DNA from: the human T2T-CHM13v2.0 reference genome, Homo sapiens
DNA length: 64,000 bases
NCBI RefSeq assembly: GCF_009914755.1
Contig: NC_060934.1
Reading direction: 5' to 3' (one strand)
Shown: positions 29,948 to 44,063 of the stretch, in pieces
Position numbering within the stretch: position 1 is the stretch's first letter
Layout of the letters: every line of letters starts with the position of its first letter
Program-made: the position numbers and the translations under genes
Notes under the pieces: model-generated
The model's input: only the letters and a program-made list of their open reading frames with translations
What the model was told of the DNA's origin: nothing
The model's database searches: none

Positions 29948-30333
29948 AGCTTTAGAAACAGGCTCAACTCTTTGGACTCTCCAGCACTCTATACCTACTT
30001 TCATTCCAGTGCCAAAATTCACTGCTTCCTTTGAGAACTTTATATTTGTTTCAGTTGTTAAGTTAAAATATTTTCACAATCATAGGAGGCCATCAAGTTT
30101 TGATTTGCAATCTGAAGGGAAGAGAGGGGATTCTTCATAAAGAAATGGACAGTATGTTACCCTCATTACAGAAGACATGGTGAGGGGTTTTATTCTCTGT
30201 GCCTCATGACGTCTCTCACAGAGACAGGGGTGTAATGCCTGCATTGTGAGAGGAATTTCAGGCATGGGGGAGAATTAGGTGTTGAATTACCAAGACGTTT
30301 CCTCACCTGTAAAGGCTGAGAGCCCCAAGTTTA

Positions 30334-30781
<448 letters not shown>

Positions 30782-30984
30782 TTATCATAAGCATGCTTTT
30801 CCTTGCAAATGGGAGAAAACTCAATGAATGAAAACAGAAATATTTTGGTTTTTATTTCTAATCCATGTCTCAATGCCCACAGCATTTCTGGAGAGCCACA
30901 GGGCTGGAAGCAGAGTCTTATTCTTTTGTAAAACTTAAGTCATGGAGAGTTAAAATTCTAGTTCATTTTCCATGTCTGTTCTTT

Positions 30985-31352
30985 GTCCTAGTTCATTCAG
31001 GCTGCTATTTAATAAATACCATGAACTGGGTGACTTATAAGCAACAGAAATTTACTTCTCACAGTTCTGGGGGCTGGGAAGTCCAAAGTCAAAGCATCAG
31101 CAGATTCAGTGTCTGGTGAGGGTGTTTCGTGGTTCCTAGACCCAGCAACTTCTTGCTGTGTCCTCACATGGCAGAAGAGGCAGGGCAGCTCTCCAGAGCT
31201 TCTTTGATAAGGGCACCAATCCCATTCATAAGTGCCCCACCCTCATGACCTGATCACCTCCCAAAGGCCCCACCTCCTCATATCACATCACCTTGGGGGT
31301 TAGGATTTCAACATATGGATTTGGGGAGCACATAAACATTCAGATCATGGCA
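30985..31352 (-). mobile_element. MaLR LTR (MLT1A0-like)
   Basis: caacagaaatttacttctcacagttctgggggctgggaagtcc…tgtcctcacatggcagaag…ttaggatttcaacata…aacattcagatcatggca. Confidence 0.85.
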
Positions 31353-31669
31353 TTATTGTTTTTGTGATTTTTTTTTCTTCTTCCTTCTCTTCTCCTTGGT
31401 TTTCCAGCTCTTCCTTTCTCTTACTTTTCATTTTTGTTTCTTTCCTAAGTGTACACAATCTGCCCCATACATGATCATGTCCAGGTTGACTTTATCATTT
31501 TCATGGCCTGGTTAGAATATTTTATTTCAGGTTGCTTGCAGAGAGGCAAGCACACATCTTCATATAGCAAAGACAGATTACAGATTCATGGGAGGAAGTA
31601 TCTTACTATATCTCTGCATCCCCAGGGTAAAGGTAAACTGGGATCGAGGTTGATGCAGATGATCAGGCA

Positions 31670-32750
31670 GAGGTTTCTGCTCATGGCCAAGATAGAATAA
31701 ATAGTACTGGACTAGACGTCCCACTGCAAATAACTTAAAAAACTAGACAAAATATGGGAAGCAATAATGTTCGGCTATTGAAAACAGGCAGCAAAGGATC
31801 ATGCTCTCTGACACAATGGAAAGAAATGAAGTAAGTCCTATGATAGTTTGAGCTTTTACCTGGAGGCACTTTTTGAATGGCATCCAGGAAGTATCCAGGT
31901 AGGGCAGAGGGGTCTCACTGAGTTGAGAAGCCACAGATCAGAGATTAGGGAGGTTGGCACAGCTGAGGTGTGTAGGGCGAGACACAGAGAGGAGGAAGCT
32001 ATGCAGAACTCCAGAAATCTACGTCGAAGTCCTCTTGAGTCTTGGGCTGAATATTAAACTGTGCATGCAAAGCATGGAACTTTCTAAGTCAGGAAATGAA
32101 CAGCTTTGAGTGGAAGCTTTAAGCTGAACAATTCTAAGTCTCACACAGGGCAAGGAGATATTTAAGTTCTGACTAGCTACAGTTGGGAGATCTTCTTAAA
32201 CACCTGAGAAATTCAGTCAAGACTCAGGAAATATAAAACCCTGATAGTAGGGCTAAATTAGACCCGTTTTAACAAAGCTTAAAATTAGCCTGGGAAAGAC
32301 CAAAGTAATACACAAACAACTTAACTGCCTGCCAAACCAAAATTTAACACTGTTTAAAGGAAGATAAAATCAAGACATTCAACAACATAACACATATAAT
32401 GTTCAGCATGCAATAAAAACAACTAGACAGATTAAGAAACAAGAAAATGTGACCCATAATAAGGAAAGAAATCAGTCAGTATAAATAGATTCAGAAATAA
32501 TAGATCTAGATGATGGAATTTACAGATGAGGAACTTTAGACCAGTTATTCTAAATATGGTAAAGGATTTAAAAGAAAACAAATATAATGAGTGGAATCAT
32601 TACATTGATTCAGAAAAATATACTTCAGGATAAGAAATATTACTAGAGATGAAGAGGGACATTTCATAATGATAAAAAGGTCAATTCATCAAGAAGACAT
32701 GCAAATCTTAATACGTATGCACCTGATAACAAAACTTCAAAATACATAAA
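31670..32750 (+). mobile_element. Old L1M 5' region/ORF1 with an ORF2 endonuclease fragment
   Basis: A-rich L1M-like sequence ending gagggacatttcataatgataaaaaggtcaattcatcaagaagac…tatgcacc (ORF2 EN). Confidence 0.65.
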
Positions 32751-33054
32751 ACCGGCCAATCAGGAAATAACATCTATATCTACTGTTTTAAATTAAAAAG
32801 AAAAATTCCACACAGATATTTGCAAGGTGATTTTTATCAACATAAATTTATTAAGTACACTATCCTTGGGCATTAACCTAGGTGACAGGAAAACACTTTA
32901 ACAGATTCGACATTGGTCTTAAGAAGCTCAAATAGGGTTGAAATACAGAACACACGCACAGAGATTAAAAGATTAAAAGACATGTGTCATGTTGTATTTT
33001 CCTTAAATGTTTGCCTCTCCATTTTTGAATCCAATAAATCATTAAGCTCTTGTT

Positions 33055-34239
33055 GGCTGTTTTCCATCTTGAAGTATTAGTGCTTAGCCTTACAAAGTTT
33101 GAGGTAGCTGCTTAGTCATCCCTGCTATGTTCAAGTGTCTACATAAGCCCCTCCTAGGGTCCACCGGAACCCACAGAATTGGAAATCTAGTGGAGATTCA
33201 TTGTTAACATTACAGAAGACATGGGACTAGCGATCTCCTTTGGGGTTCCAGTTAGGCTTATACTGCAGCTGCCACCCCACTTTCTACCATTCTTCAGGCA
33301 AGTAGTGAGCTATGAGTGCGCTCACATTATGAAGAATACGTCTTGAAAAAGGAAAAGGATTAGTGTTCAGGGTGATTCGCACTCGTTATAGTTAAGCCAG
33401 CAAGGCCTCACTTAGGATGAGAGAGGAGCCACCCCTTGGGAAAATCATTTATATATCTGCTTTATATACACACATTTAATCTTTTAAAATTCAGTCCCAT
33501 TTCCCAAGGAAATTGCCTGGAGGTAGTGTTGGGATTAGAATGGATTACCCTAACAGAGTCTTTTCATAAACCCAAACTGAGCTAACAAGAAGGGCTCTGT
33601 GTTGCCTTTTAATCATCCGTTGAGTTTTCTTATGCCAGCTCTTTCCAAGAAAGATTGAAGTTGCTTGCCAGCATGCCTGCTGTAGATCTTAGCTTGTTCC
33701 AGAAAGGAGAAGCAACTTCTCAAAGATTGTCTCTTATAGTCTTGCCTGACAATGAGAGCTTCTCCATGACGCTCTCCCTGGGTCTCCCAGTGGCTTCTTT
33801 GTGTCAAGTGGGAAGAATATGGACTTCGGAGTCAAATCAATTGGGATAGAATCCCAGCCTTGTCATCTACAGCCTGCGTGGTGTTAGGCAGTTGTGAAAT
33901 CTCACAGAGACTTATTTTCTTCTCTCTAACTTACCTCACCCACAGGCGTGTGTGTGTAATGCAAATACCATTCTTCATCGTGTGAGTGCACTCATAGCTC
34001 ACCACTTGCTTGGAGAATGGGTAGAAAAACGGGGTGGCCACTGTGGGACAAGCCTAACTGGAACCCCAAAGGAGGTCTTCTGTAACGTTAACATGAGTTT
34101 CCACTAGATTTCCAATTCCGTGGGTTCCGGCAGACCCTAGCGTGGGGGGCATGTAGACACTTGGACTAGCAGGGATGACTATGCAGCTCCCTCAACCTTT
34201 GTAAGGCTAAGCGCTAATACTTCAAGAAGGAAAACAGCC
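33055..34239. repeat. Long inverted repeat, arms 33055-33337 and 33970-34239, ~630-bp spacer
   Basis: The reverse complement of the right arm aligns end to end with the left arm at about 85-90% identity by eye, plus one 14-nt indel (33221-33234). Confidence 0.93.
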
Positions 34240-35090
34240 CTAGTTGTCTCCTTCTTGCTCTCTTCATACTCTATTATAGACCTTACTATTCACTATTGTT
34301 ATGCGGCCATGTCTTCTGCCTCTGGGGACATGGGAAGCTGGTCACTGTTCTTGCTGTTGGAAGTACACTCAACTGCCTCCCTCTCCTACAGGGGAAAGCC
34401 TGCGTCTTACCTGTTCGCAGTCCCGACACATTGTCCGGCACACTGCAGATGCTCAGTGTGTTATTGTTGAAGGCCACTCTCATTCCTTTTCAGAAACACT
34501 CAATAATAAACTCTCATTCCTTCCTTTAGGGAAGTGAAAAACAGAACAACAGAAAAGCAAAAGCAAAAGGCTCCTTCCATTTTCTCCTGTAGCTGCCTCA
34601 CAGAATGGGTCCTCTTTAGGCTGAGGCCGTCACACTTCTGTGGCATATGGGGTGGGGAGCGTCCATGTCAGGCCCAGTTTTTCCCCTCACCGGCTGGGTG
34701 GCCTTGACCATCGAACACAGAAGTGAAGTGCATGTGCACCCACCAGGGTTGGTGGCTCACGGGGGACCCAGATCACACTCATGGGTATAAAAGTGATCCT
34801 TACGACAGTGGTGCCACCAGATCCAACTCTGTCCCTTCACCCAGTCGATTTGAAGCTGTTGTCCGTTTTTCTCATACTTAATTTTCCTACTTTGTTGTTT
34901 GTCTTTGCTTTCATCTGGAAATAGAGCTTGGTAATTGCATTGCTGGTTTCCGTGGAGATCCAGGCCATAGCCACTGCATTGCAGCAAACAAAATGGAATG
35001 TACCCTACCTTCCTTTCATTTGTGTTCCTTAAGAGAAAATTTGAATTAAAAAGACCTCCCGAGATCACCTGTCTTTCAAATTGCTGGTGC

Positions 35091-35411
35091 AGCTGGGCGC
35101 AGTGGCTCACACCTGTAATCCCAGCACTCTGGGAGGCCAAACGAGGATTGCTTGAGGCCAGGAGTTCATGACCAGCCTGGGTAACATAGTGAGACCCCTA
35201 TTCTACAAAAATAAATAAGTAAATTAGCAAGGCATGGTGATGTGTGTGCCTGTGGTCCCAGCTACTCAGGCTAAGGCAGGCAGATTGCTTCAGCTCAGGA
35301 GCTTGAGGCTGCAGTGAGCTGTGATTGGGCTACTGCACTCCAGCCTGAGTGATGATAGGCGGCAGAGGAAGACCCTGTCTCTAAAAAACCAAACCAAACC
35401 AAACAAAACAA
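35091..35411 (+). mobile_element. AluJ
   Basis: Sense Alu with a (CCAAA)n tail. Confidence 0.88.
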
Positions 35412-35734
35412 ATTGTCCCACAGGGTGGGACATTAGCTCAGAGATAAATTAGCTGTCGCCTGTGCTTCAAGACACTACTGTCTGGCCCTTCTGAATATAT
35501 CCGCATTTGGAACAAACCTCGTCCTGAATCAAAGTGGCTGTGAATGTTTGGAGGGTTGGCATCTAACAGTTGTGAGTTTTAAAATGGATTGAATTCCTTC
35601 ATTCCCTCTTCTAATATTTCACGGCAGAGAACAAAGAGAACACACAGAGGGAAAACGTGGACTAGTTCCTCTCTCTTAACAAGACTAATCATCTGATGCT
35701 GAAGTCACCATGATCACAGCTGCCTGTATCTCTG

Positions 35735-36031
35735 TTCCCTCCCCTCCCTTCCTCTCTTCTCTTCCTTCCTCTCCTCTTTTCTCCCTCCCTCCCTGCTTCC
35801 TTCCTTCTTTCCTTCCTTCCTTCCCTCCCTCCCTTCCCCCAACCCTTCCTTCCTTCCCTCCCTCCCTTCCCCCAACCCTTCCTTCCTTCCCTCCCTCCCG
35901 CCCTTCCTTCCTTCCCTTCCTTCCTTCCTTCCTTCCTTCCTTCCTTCCTTCCTTCCTTCCCTCCTTCCTTCCTTCCTCCCTCCCTCCCTTCCTTCCTCTC
36001 TCTCTCTTTCTTTCCCTTTCCTTCCTTCTTT
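35735..36031. repeat. (TTCC/TCCC)n polypyrimidine tract
   Basis: About 300 bp almost purely C/T, with an internal 33-bp higher-order repeat. Confidence 0.95.
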
Positions 36032-36361
36032 CAGTTATTGTCTAAAACGTAAAAATGAACAGGAGGTCGATATGAGGACTCACTAATCCTGAATTTGGCC
36101 TTGCTCTGTGTGATGCTGGAGCTCTGCAGCATGGGAAAATATCCGTGACATCCCATTGGCCCCCTTCTCCACCCCAGGCCCTTACCTTCACAGAAAGGCC
36201 TGCTTCCAGGAGCAGTGTTTCTAACTCACACCATAGTAAAGATGACTGATAAGACGTAGTGAGTTGCCTCTCCCAGAGATTTTAATTTTTATCACCCTTA
36301 AAAGCCAGAAGACCTCAAGTATTTAATATTTGATGTTAGACAAGAGGCATAGGTGTGTTGA

Positions 36362-36754
<393 letters not shown>

Positions 36755-36809
36755 TAGAAAAAAAGAATGTAAGAAGAAAGCTTTCTTAATAAGTCCTCAT
36801 GTGCTGTCA

Positions 36810-37025
36810 CATGGTGGGGTGACATAGTTAACAATAATGTGTTCTATATTTCAAAATAGCTAGAGGAGAGGATTTTGAATGTTCCCGTCACAAAGAAATG
36901 GTAAGTATTTGAGATGCTGGATATGCTAATTATCCCAATTTGATCATTACACAGTCTATACGTGTATTGGAACATCACACTGTACTCATAACTATGTACA
37001 ATTATCATGTGTCAATTTAAAAAGA
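36810..37025 (+). mobile_element. L1MA 3' end fragment
   Basis: ttcaaaatagctagaggagaggattttgaatgttccc…tatgctaattatcccaatttgatcattacac…gtcaatttaaaa. Confidence 0.8.
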
Positions 37026-37632
37026 CTAACTTCTTCAATGGTATATACAACAAAGAGAATAAAACACGATAACTTAAAATTTTGAAAAAGCAAAGCCTGC
37101 ACTGCTTCCAAGCAGAGAGGACCTCCCTGCAAACATACAGTGCTGCCATTTGTGAAATGCTGGTTGCAAAGCACAGAAGAACTCCGGCTGGCAGTGCATT
37201 GCCTGTGGGTGTTAGCGCTCGTGGGACAAGCACCCTCCATTCAGGGGTGCTGCCACTGATTGCTGGGGAGCTGTGCTCTTGGAAGGCCTCAGCGGGTCAT
37301 GGAATCTGTTCCATCAGAGAAATAGTGCAACACACTTTTGCAGATAATTAAGATTTGGACAAATGTCTGGCCATCGGGAGCCCTAGGCTTTGGAAAGGGC
37401 TGTGGACACAGAGAGGTCAGGACCGAATGGTTGACAGTGAACATCCCATGCCAGGGAACGTTGAATCAGGAAGGGTTCGAGACATGAGAAATAGCCTCTG
37501 GTGTGTTGTGACTGCTTCATTCACTGAGCAAAGAGAAAGAACCACTCCAGTTGGTTGGCCATGCCAAAAAAGGCCAGCCCTGTACACACACAAAAAATGG
37601 ACCATGTGAAAGAAGTATGAACGACAAGAAGA

Positions 37633-37966
<334 letters not shown>

Positions 37967-38658
37967 TTATCGGATGTTTCTGCTGTGCTGGGCAGTTTAC
38001 ACTTGTTAGTTCGTTTCATTCTCTTACAACCCTGAGAAGTAGGAGCTTTGATTATCCCTGTTTCACAACTGAGTGAAAAAGATTCAGGATCCGTGGGGGA
38101 CTGAGACTGGCCGGACCTCTTCCCAGCGTATTCTCTCTACTGTTGATGAAGTGGAGCTGACTTCCAGCTGAGGGGCAGTGAGTGCAAAGGCACATCTTGG
38201 CCAGGGAGGACTAGAGCCTCACATGGTCTTGGGCTGGGGGTGGCAGGGCAGAGAGGCTGGGCAGGGCAGGCATTGCTCTGACAATGCATGTGCTTCTTGT
38301 CATAATGAGCACCGCAAGAGGAGGACACCCAACCCAGTCTTGGGCAAAGGAGATAGAAATCCCTGGGAGCCAGTCACAGAGAGGAAACGGCTGTGGCAAG
38401 TCTCAGAGGCAGCAGAGATCAGAGGCCGTGCAAGGTCAGTGCCATTGCAGGGTCGGGGGGAGTAAAGGGTGAGGCCCGAGAGGCAAGCGGAGTCCAGGGC
38501 TCGCAGGGCCAGGCAAGCTCTGTTTGGCACCATCAGTGAGGAGCCACTGAAGAGCTTTAAGCAGTGAAATTTTAAAACATACCTCACGGACACTGAGTAC
38601 TAGTTTTCTGCTTGGGTGAGATGGATCTTGGTGCCACTCACCTAGAGAGAGAACCTGT

Positions 38659-38757
38659 GGCCGGGCGAGGTGGCTCACACCTGGAATCTCAGTGCTTTGG
38701 GAGACTGAAGCAGGAGGATCATTTGAGGCCACGAGTTCAAGACCAGCCTGGGCAACG
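38659..38757 (+). mobile_element. Alu left arm, 3' truncated
   Basis: ggccgggcgaggtggctcacacc…gaccagcctgggcaac, then an abrupt end. Confidence 0.82.
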
Positions 38758-38764
38758 TCATGAT

Positions 38765-38802
38765 TAATGGCAAAAACCATAATTACTTCTGTGTCAACCT
38801 AA
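38765..38802. mobile_element. Half MADE1 (single Hsmar1 mariner TIR)
   Basis: taatggcaaaaaccataattacttctgtgtcaacctaa followed by TA matches the MADE1 TIR taatggcaaaaaccgcaattacttttgcaccaacctaa. Confidence 0.8.
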
Positions 38803-39339
38803 TATTTGCTGAAGGTCAAACACTGGTCAGCAATTGGAACCAGAACTGAACCCACGTCCTCTACCCTTGAACTTTGTGCTGTTTTCTCCTAATTACTTCT
38901 TTGACTACCAGTGACTGCTTGATGAGTACTTTTTTCATTGATTTGACTCTAAAAATGAATATTCCCATCCGTGAAAGGAACAGTGTGTTTGTGGCCAGTG
39001 CAGAGACCCCTGCTGGACACCTGTGTGTTGGAGAGAAAACGACGCCTGGGAATGCTTCCACCAGGTCCCTGCTGGGTAGTGTCACTTTAGCCTGCGAGGG
39101 ACAGGTGACACGAGTTACAGACAGGCTGCAGGAGGTAACTTGGTCCATGTGCATACACTATACAGAATTTTAGGGCATTTTAGTAATTTTCAAAATGTGC
39201 CATGCAGCCACTGGTCCAAGTGAATTAGAAAAGAGAGCAGGAATTCATCAGGGAGGGCTCGTGGTCATAACGTCCACGTGGCTGCCCCTTCACCGGCTTC
39301 TGTCTTTACTCAAATGTATTCTTCTTAGGACACTGGCTA

Positions 39340-39550
39340 CCCCATTAAACCTTGGCATCCACTACCCTCCTTAGAACTTATTACTAACAGTCAATTTTGC
39401 TGAAGACATTTATCTTGTTCTTTGTCAATTCTTCCCACTAGGATGTAAGTTCAGTGAGGGCAGGAATTTTTATACTTCATTCTCTGCCATTTCCCTAGTG
39501 CCAAGAACAGTGCTGAAGACACAGCAGGTGCTCAGGAAACATTTATGGTA
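39340..39550 (+). mobile_element. L2 3' end
   Basis: cccactaggatgtaagttcagtgagggcagga…ccctagtgccaagaacagtgc…gcaggtgctcag…catttat. Confidence 0.7.
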
Positions 39551-39692
39551 CTAACTGTGTTCATGATACTATTGGTAATGTTTTGAAAGGCATCAGTAAG
39601 TCAAAGGGCATTGTTAGAAACAATGACAAAGAAGAGGATGATTCCTTCCTGCCTGGATGGTGAGAACATGTGTTGGATTTGATTGCAGCTGA

Positions 39693-40163
<471 letters not shown>

Positions 40164-41298
40164 TAGAAAAGTTAAAATAATACAATTTCAAACACTTGAA
40201 GGGCTAACATTGGGCTATCCAGATAATTGTATTTCTTAACAGTCAGGACAGTTGAATTTTTTGTGTGTGTTTTTGATGTGTTACAGATCAAAAGTCAGGG
40301 ATAGCAAATATCATTTAAGCTCTGTACTGAGGCTGGATGGTCTTGGCCACATCTTAATTTCACCTGAAAGTTGGGAAGGTGACTAAGTATATTTTAAGGT
40401 GACTTCCATTTCCAAAGATGCCTGGGTCCGCGAGTCTGTGGAAAGTGGAATTTTGGGGGTCTATGCATTCCACACTGGGGCCCGTCTTTGCTGCCTTGGG
40501 GAATGTGATTTAAGCGCATTGATGCACATCTCACAAGTGAGATATCTATTAACCTGCAGCCTCATCTGACCTGCTTGCATCTAATAGGCAGCTGTTTAGT
40601 TCAGCACTTTCCTCTGGGGTCTTCTTTGGCCAGCATGCCCTCCTGTGGCTTGGGGAGGAGGCATCATTTTGGTATGATTGAGAGAATGAATCTGTGTCCA
40701 TTCAGTGTATCTTGGAAGATCTTAGGACTGTCGGAGGTGGGAACAGTGCTTGGAAGTTCTTTTCCTCCCTTGGGAGAGAAGCTATGCCTCTCTGCATAGA
40801 AGAACCAGCCCAACTGCCTCAAAAACAAACTCCAGGGGGCACTGTGAATGCTGTCTTGGTAGAGAAGACATTGGGGAGCTGTGCAGTTGAGTTGAACTGG
40901 AATTGAAAATGCAGTCCAAGAACGACTGTTTGGGGACTTTAAGAGCAGGAAAAGGCTCAGCTGAAGAAAACAGAAAATTTCTTCCTTGTATCAGTGGTTA
41001 ATTTTTAGCTCTAAGTCTTGTGAGGGGGAGTCTGTGAGTGTGGCTGGGGTGGGATGGCACTGACCTGGTTCACCCTACAGTACCTGTGCCAGTGGGAAAC
41101 TAGATTGACAGGAAAGTAGTATAATCTATTTTGGGGGTAGATTTGCATATGCAGATGAGATGCAACTGTAGGCATGATTAAACTGTTGTGTTGGTGCAGC
41201 TGCTAAATATTTGCTTTCTGTCTACAGTCCTGGAAAAGTCATTTACATCTTGATAACAATGAAAACATATATTTCTCAAATCAGATACATGATTCCTT

Positions 41299-41299
<1 letters not shown>

Positions 41300-41338
<39 letters not shown>
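41300..41338. repeat. (AC)n microsatellite
   Basis: Direct reading, about 19 units. Confidence 0.97.
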
Positions 41339-41340
<2 letters not shown>

Positions 41341-42015
41341 CAAAACAAAACAGTTACTATCATTTCCTAGCCCTCCAGAAAGTGAACTCTATTTCCCTGG
41401 GAGCCCTTTTCCCACCAGCCCTGGAGCACCCATCATCGAGAAAAAGTCACTCCAAGCCTCCTGCATCTTTGCTGGTACATCATTCTTGGCAGGTAATAAA
41501 AAAGAAAAGCCAGTGATTGGGTATGCATTATTGGTGGGGCACCGTTCTCTAGGCTTTAGGCATTTTCCCATGTATTCCTTGCCATCATTCTAGGGGGTAG
41601 GGAACCGTGGTTCTACAGTGAAGACACTGAGTTAAGTGACTCCCCCACAATCACACAGTCAAGAAGCTGGAGTTTTAATCTAGGAGGTCACACTGCAGAG
41701 CCTCTGTCCTTAACCTTGATATCAAGCTGCCTCTCATAATAATTCTCACAGAGACCATCTCTTTTTCAACATTCCTTTTTAGATGCAGAACGCTTTATCC
41801 AAGGGGAGTCTTGGCCAAAGCATAAAAGACAACACAGACAGTAGTGGAGGTGTTCTAAGTGAAGCAGGAGTAAGAGGGTGGGGTCTGGAGCCTGGATCCT
41901 CCTCCAATTTTTGTGACTCTGAGTCCCTGGGGTTCCCAGGGATCCGTTTCTCTTCTGAATTGGCCCTTCCTGGGACTCAGCTGCTCTTCTCGCTAGTTGA
42001 TCCTTCTATTAGGTG

Positions 42016-42992
42016 CAGTCGGTCCTCATATTCACAGATTTCTTATTTGCAAGTTCATCTACTTGCTAAAATTTATTCATAATCCCCAAACCAATACTCA
42101 TAAGACTTTCTCCGCCATTCATGGACACATGCAGAGTGGTGGGAAATGTGCGTCGCCTGACACATGTGCTCTCAGCTGGGGTGGAAGCAGGGGCTGCCCT
42201 GCCTTTTTGTTTCTGCTCTCACAATGTCAATGGGTACTTTCTCCCAAGGTCTGGTTAGTGCCATGTCTTTTGCATTTTTGTGCATTTGGTTGGTGATTTT
42301 GCCATTTAAAGTGGCCCCCAATGGGTTTAGTGGCAAACACCTGTGGTCTCAGCACTTTGGGAGGCTGAGGCAGGAGGATTGCCTGAGGCCAGGAGTTCGA
42401 GACCAGACTGGGCAATGTAGCAACACCCCCATCTTTACAAAAAACTAAAAAATTAGCCAGGCTTGGTGATGCAACCCTGCAGTCCCAGCTACTCAGGAGG
42501 CTGAGGCTGGAGGATGGCTTGAGCCCAGAAGTTCCAGGCTGCAGTGAGCTAAGCTATGATCATGTCACTGCACTCCAGCTTGGGTGACAGAGCGAGCCCC
42601 TGTCTCTAAAAAAAAATTTTTTTTAATAATAAAATAAAATGGTCCCAAGCACAGCGCTGCACGAGTGCTGGCTGGTTCTTCTGAGTGCAGGAGGGCTGTG
42701 CCAGGGCTTGCAGAGAAAGTACATTCAGAATGTGTTAGATGGGTTTCATTCAGATGTGAGTGATAGTGCTGTGGGCCATGATTTAATGTGAATGGGTTAA
42801 TATATGTTTAATATATATTAAATAAGATTTATTTGAACAGACACACACATAAAATAAGGCAATGTGTTAATTGATTGGTGAAAGTGTTGTCACCTAACTG
42901 TGTATTTCCCCAAGGAGCCCCTAGTATTCACTATTGCAGTGCTGGTGGTAACTTTATAAAACATAGCTACTATGAATAATGAGAATTGACTG
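42016..42992 (+). mobile_element. MER82-like TcMar-Tigger element split by an AluJ
   Basis: Termini cagtcggtcctc… and …gagaattgactg; internal ctacttgctaaaatttatt and gcatttttgtgc…ttggtgattt; continuity across the Alu with a taaa(g/a)tgg(c/t)ccc duplication. Confidence 0.75.
42322..42639 (+). mobile_element. AluJ inserted in MER82
   Basis: Sense Alu dimer with TSD remnant. Confidence 0.88.
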
Positions 42993-43214
42993 AACTCATC
43001 ATATTTTGAGAGCTTCTTACCGGGCAGATAATGTGCTAGAACCTTATTTAAATGAACACTAATTCTCAACCCTGTACGTTTAGTATCATTACCCCAGTTT
43101 ATAGATGGTAAAACTGAGGCCTAGATAATTTGCCAAAGTCACTACACTAGAGAGAGGTGAGGCCAAGGCTGAGTGCCATGTAGTGCTATTGTTCTCTTTC
43201 CTTTTTGCTAACAC

Positions 43215-43510
43215 TTTCTTCTTTTTTCTAGATACAGGGTCTTGCTTTGAGGCCCAAGGTAGAGTGCAGTGGCATGATCATGGCTCACTGCAGCCTTGAC
43301 CTCCTGGGCTCAAGTGAGCCTCCCACCTCAGCCTCCTGAGTAGCTGGGATCACAAGCATGCCAACACTTGGTTAATTTAAAAACATTTTTGTAGAGATGA
43401 GGCTCTCTATGTTGCCCAGGGTGATCACTTGAACTTCCGGCCTCAAGTGATCCTCCATCCTCGGCCTCTCAAAGTGCTGGGATTACAGATGTGAGCCACA
43501 GGGCCCATGC
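43215..43510 (-). mobile_element. AluJ
   Basis: Antisense Alu. Confidence 0.85.
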
Positions 43511-43763
43511 TGACCACTTGCGTTTAGTGAACTATCCCAGTTTGGCATCTTGTACACTTCAGCCCGACTCCCAGCTGGTTTCTTTGGCCATGGGTTGAAC
43601 ACAGCACTCCCCACATCTTCTCTCTAATCCACAGACACATACAGAAACCTTCCCATCGGTGCTGGGATGCTCTTACAGAGAGTCGGGAGTTGATGCCCAG
43701 ATGCCTCCACCTTCTCTGCTTCCCTTACCTCCAGCTAGCTTCAGGTAGCCACTGGAGTTAGGA

Positions 43764-44063
43764 TTTCTTTTCTTTTTTGAGATGTAGTCTCGCTCTGTCA
43801 CCCAGGCTAGAGTACAGTGGTGTGTGATCTGGGCTCACTGCAACCTCCGCCTCCTGAGTTCAAGTGATTCTCCTGACTCAGCCTCCCAAGTAGCTGGGAC
43901 TACAGGTGCCCACCACCATGCCCGGCTAATTATTGTATTTTTAGTAGAGATGGGGTTTCGCCATGTTGGCCAGGCTAGTCTTGAACTCCTGACCTCAGGT
44001 GATCCACCCACCTCAGCCTCCCAAAGTGCTGGGATTTACAGGCGTGAGCCACCGCGCCTGACC
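43764..44063 (-). mobile_element. AluS
   Basis: Antisense Alu; flanked by gagttag(g)atttc duplication. Confidence 0.9.

Noticed and set aside
33055-34239. Inverted repeat as the TIRs of a DNA transposon
   Set aside because: No TSD, no recognisable terminal motif and no transposase remnant; the spacer contains ordinary MIR-like sequence
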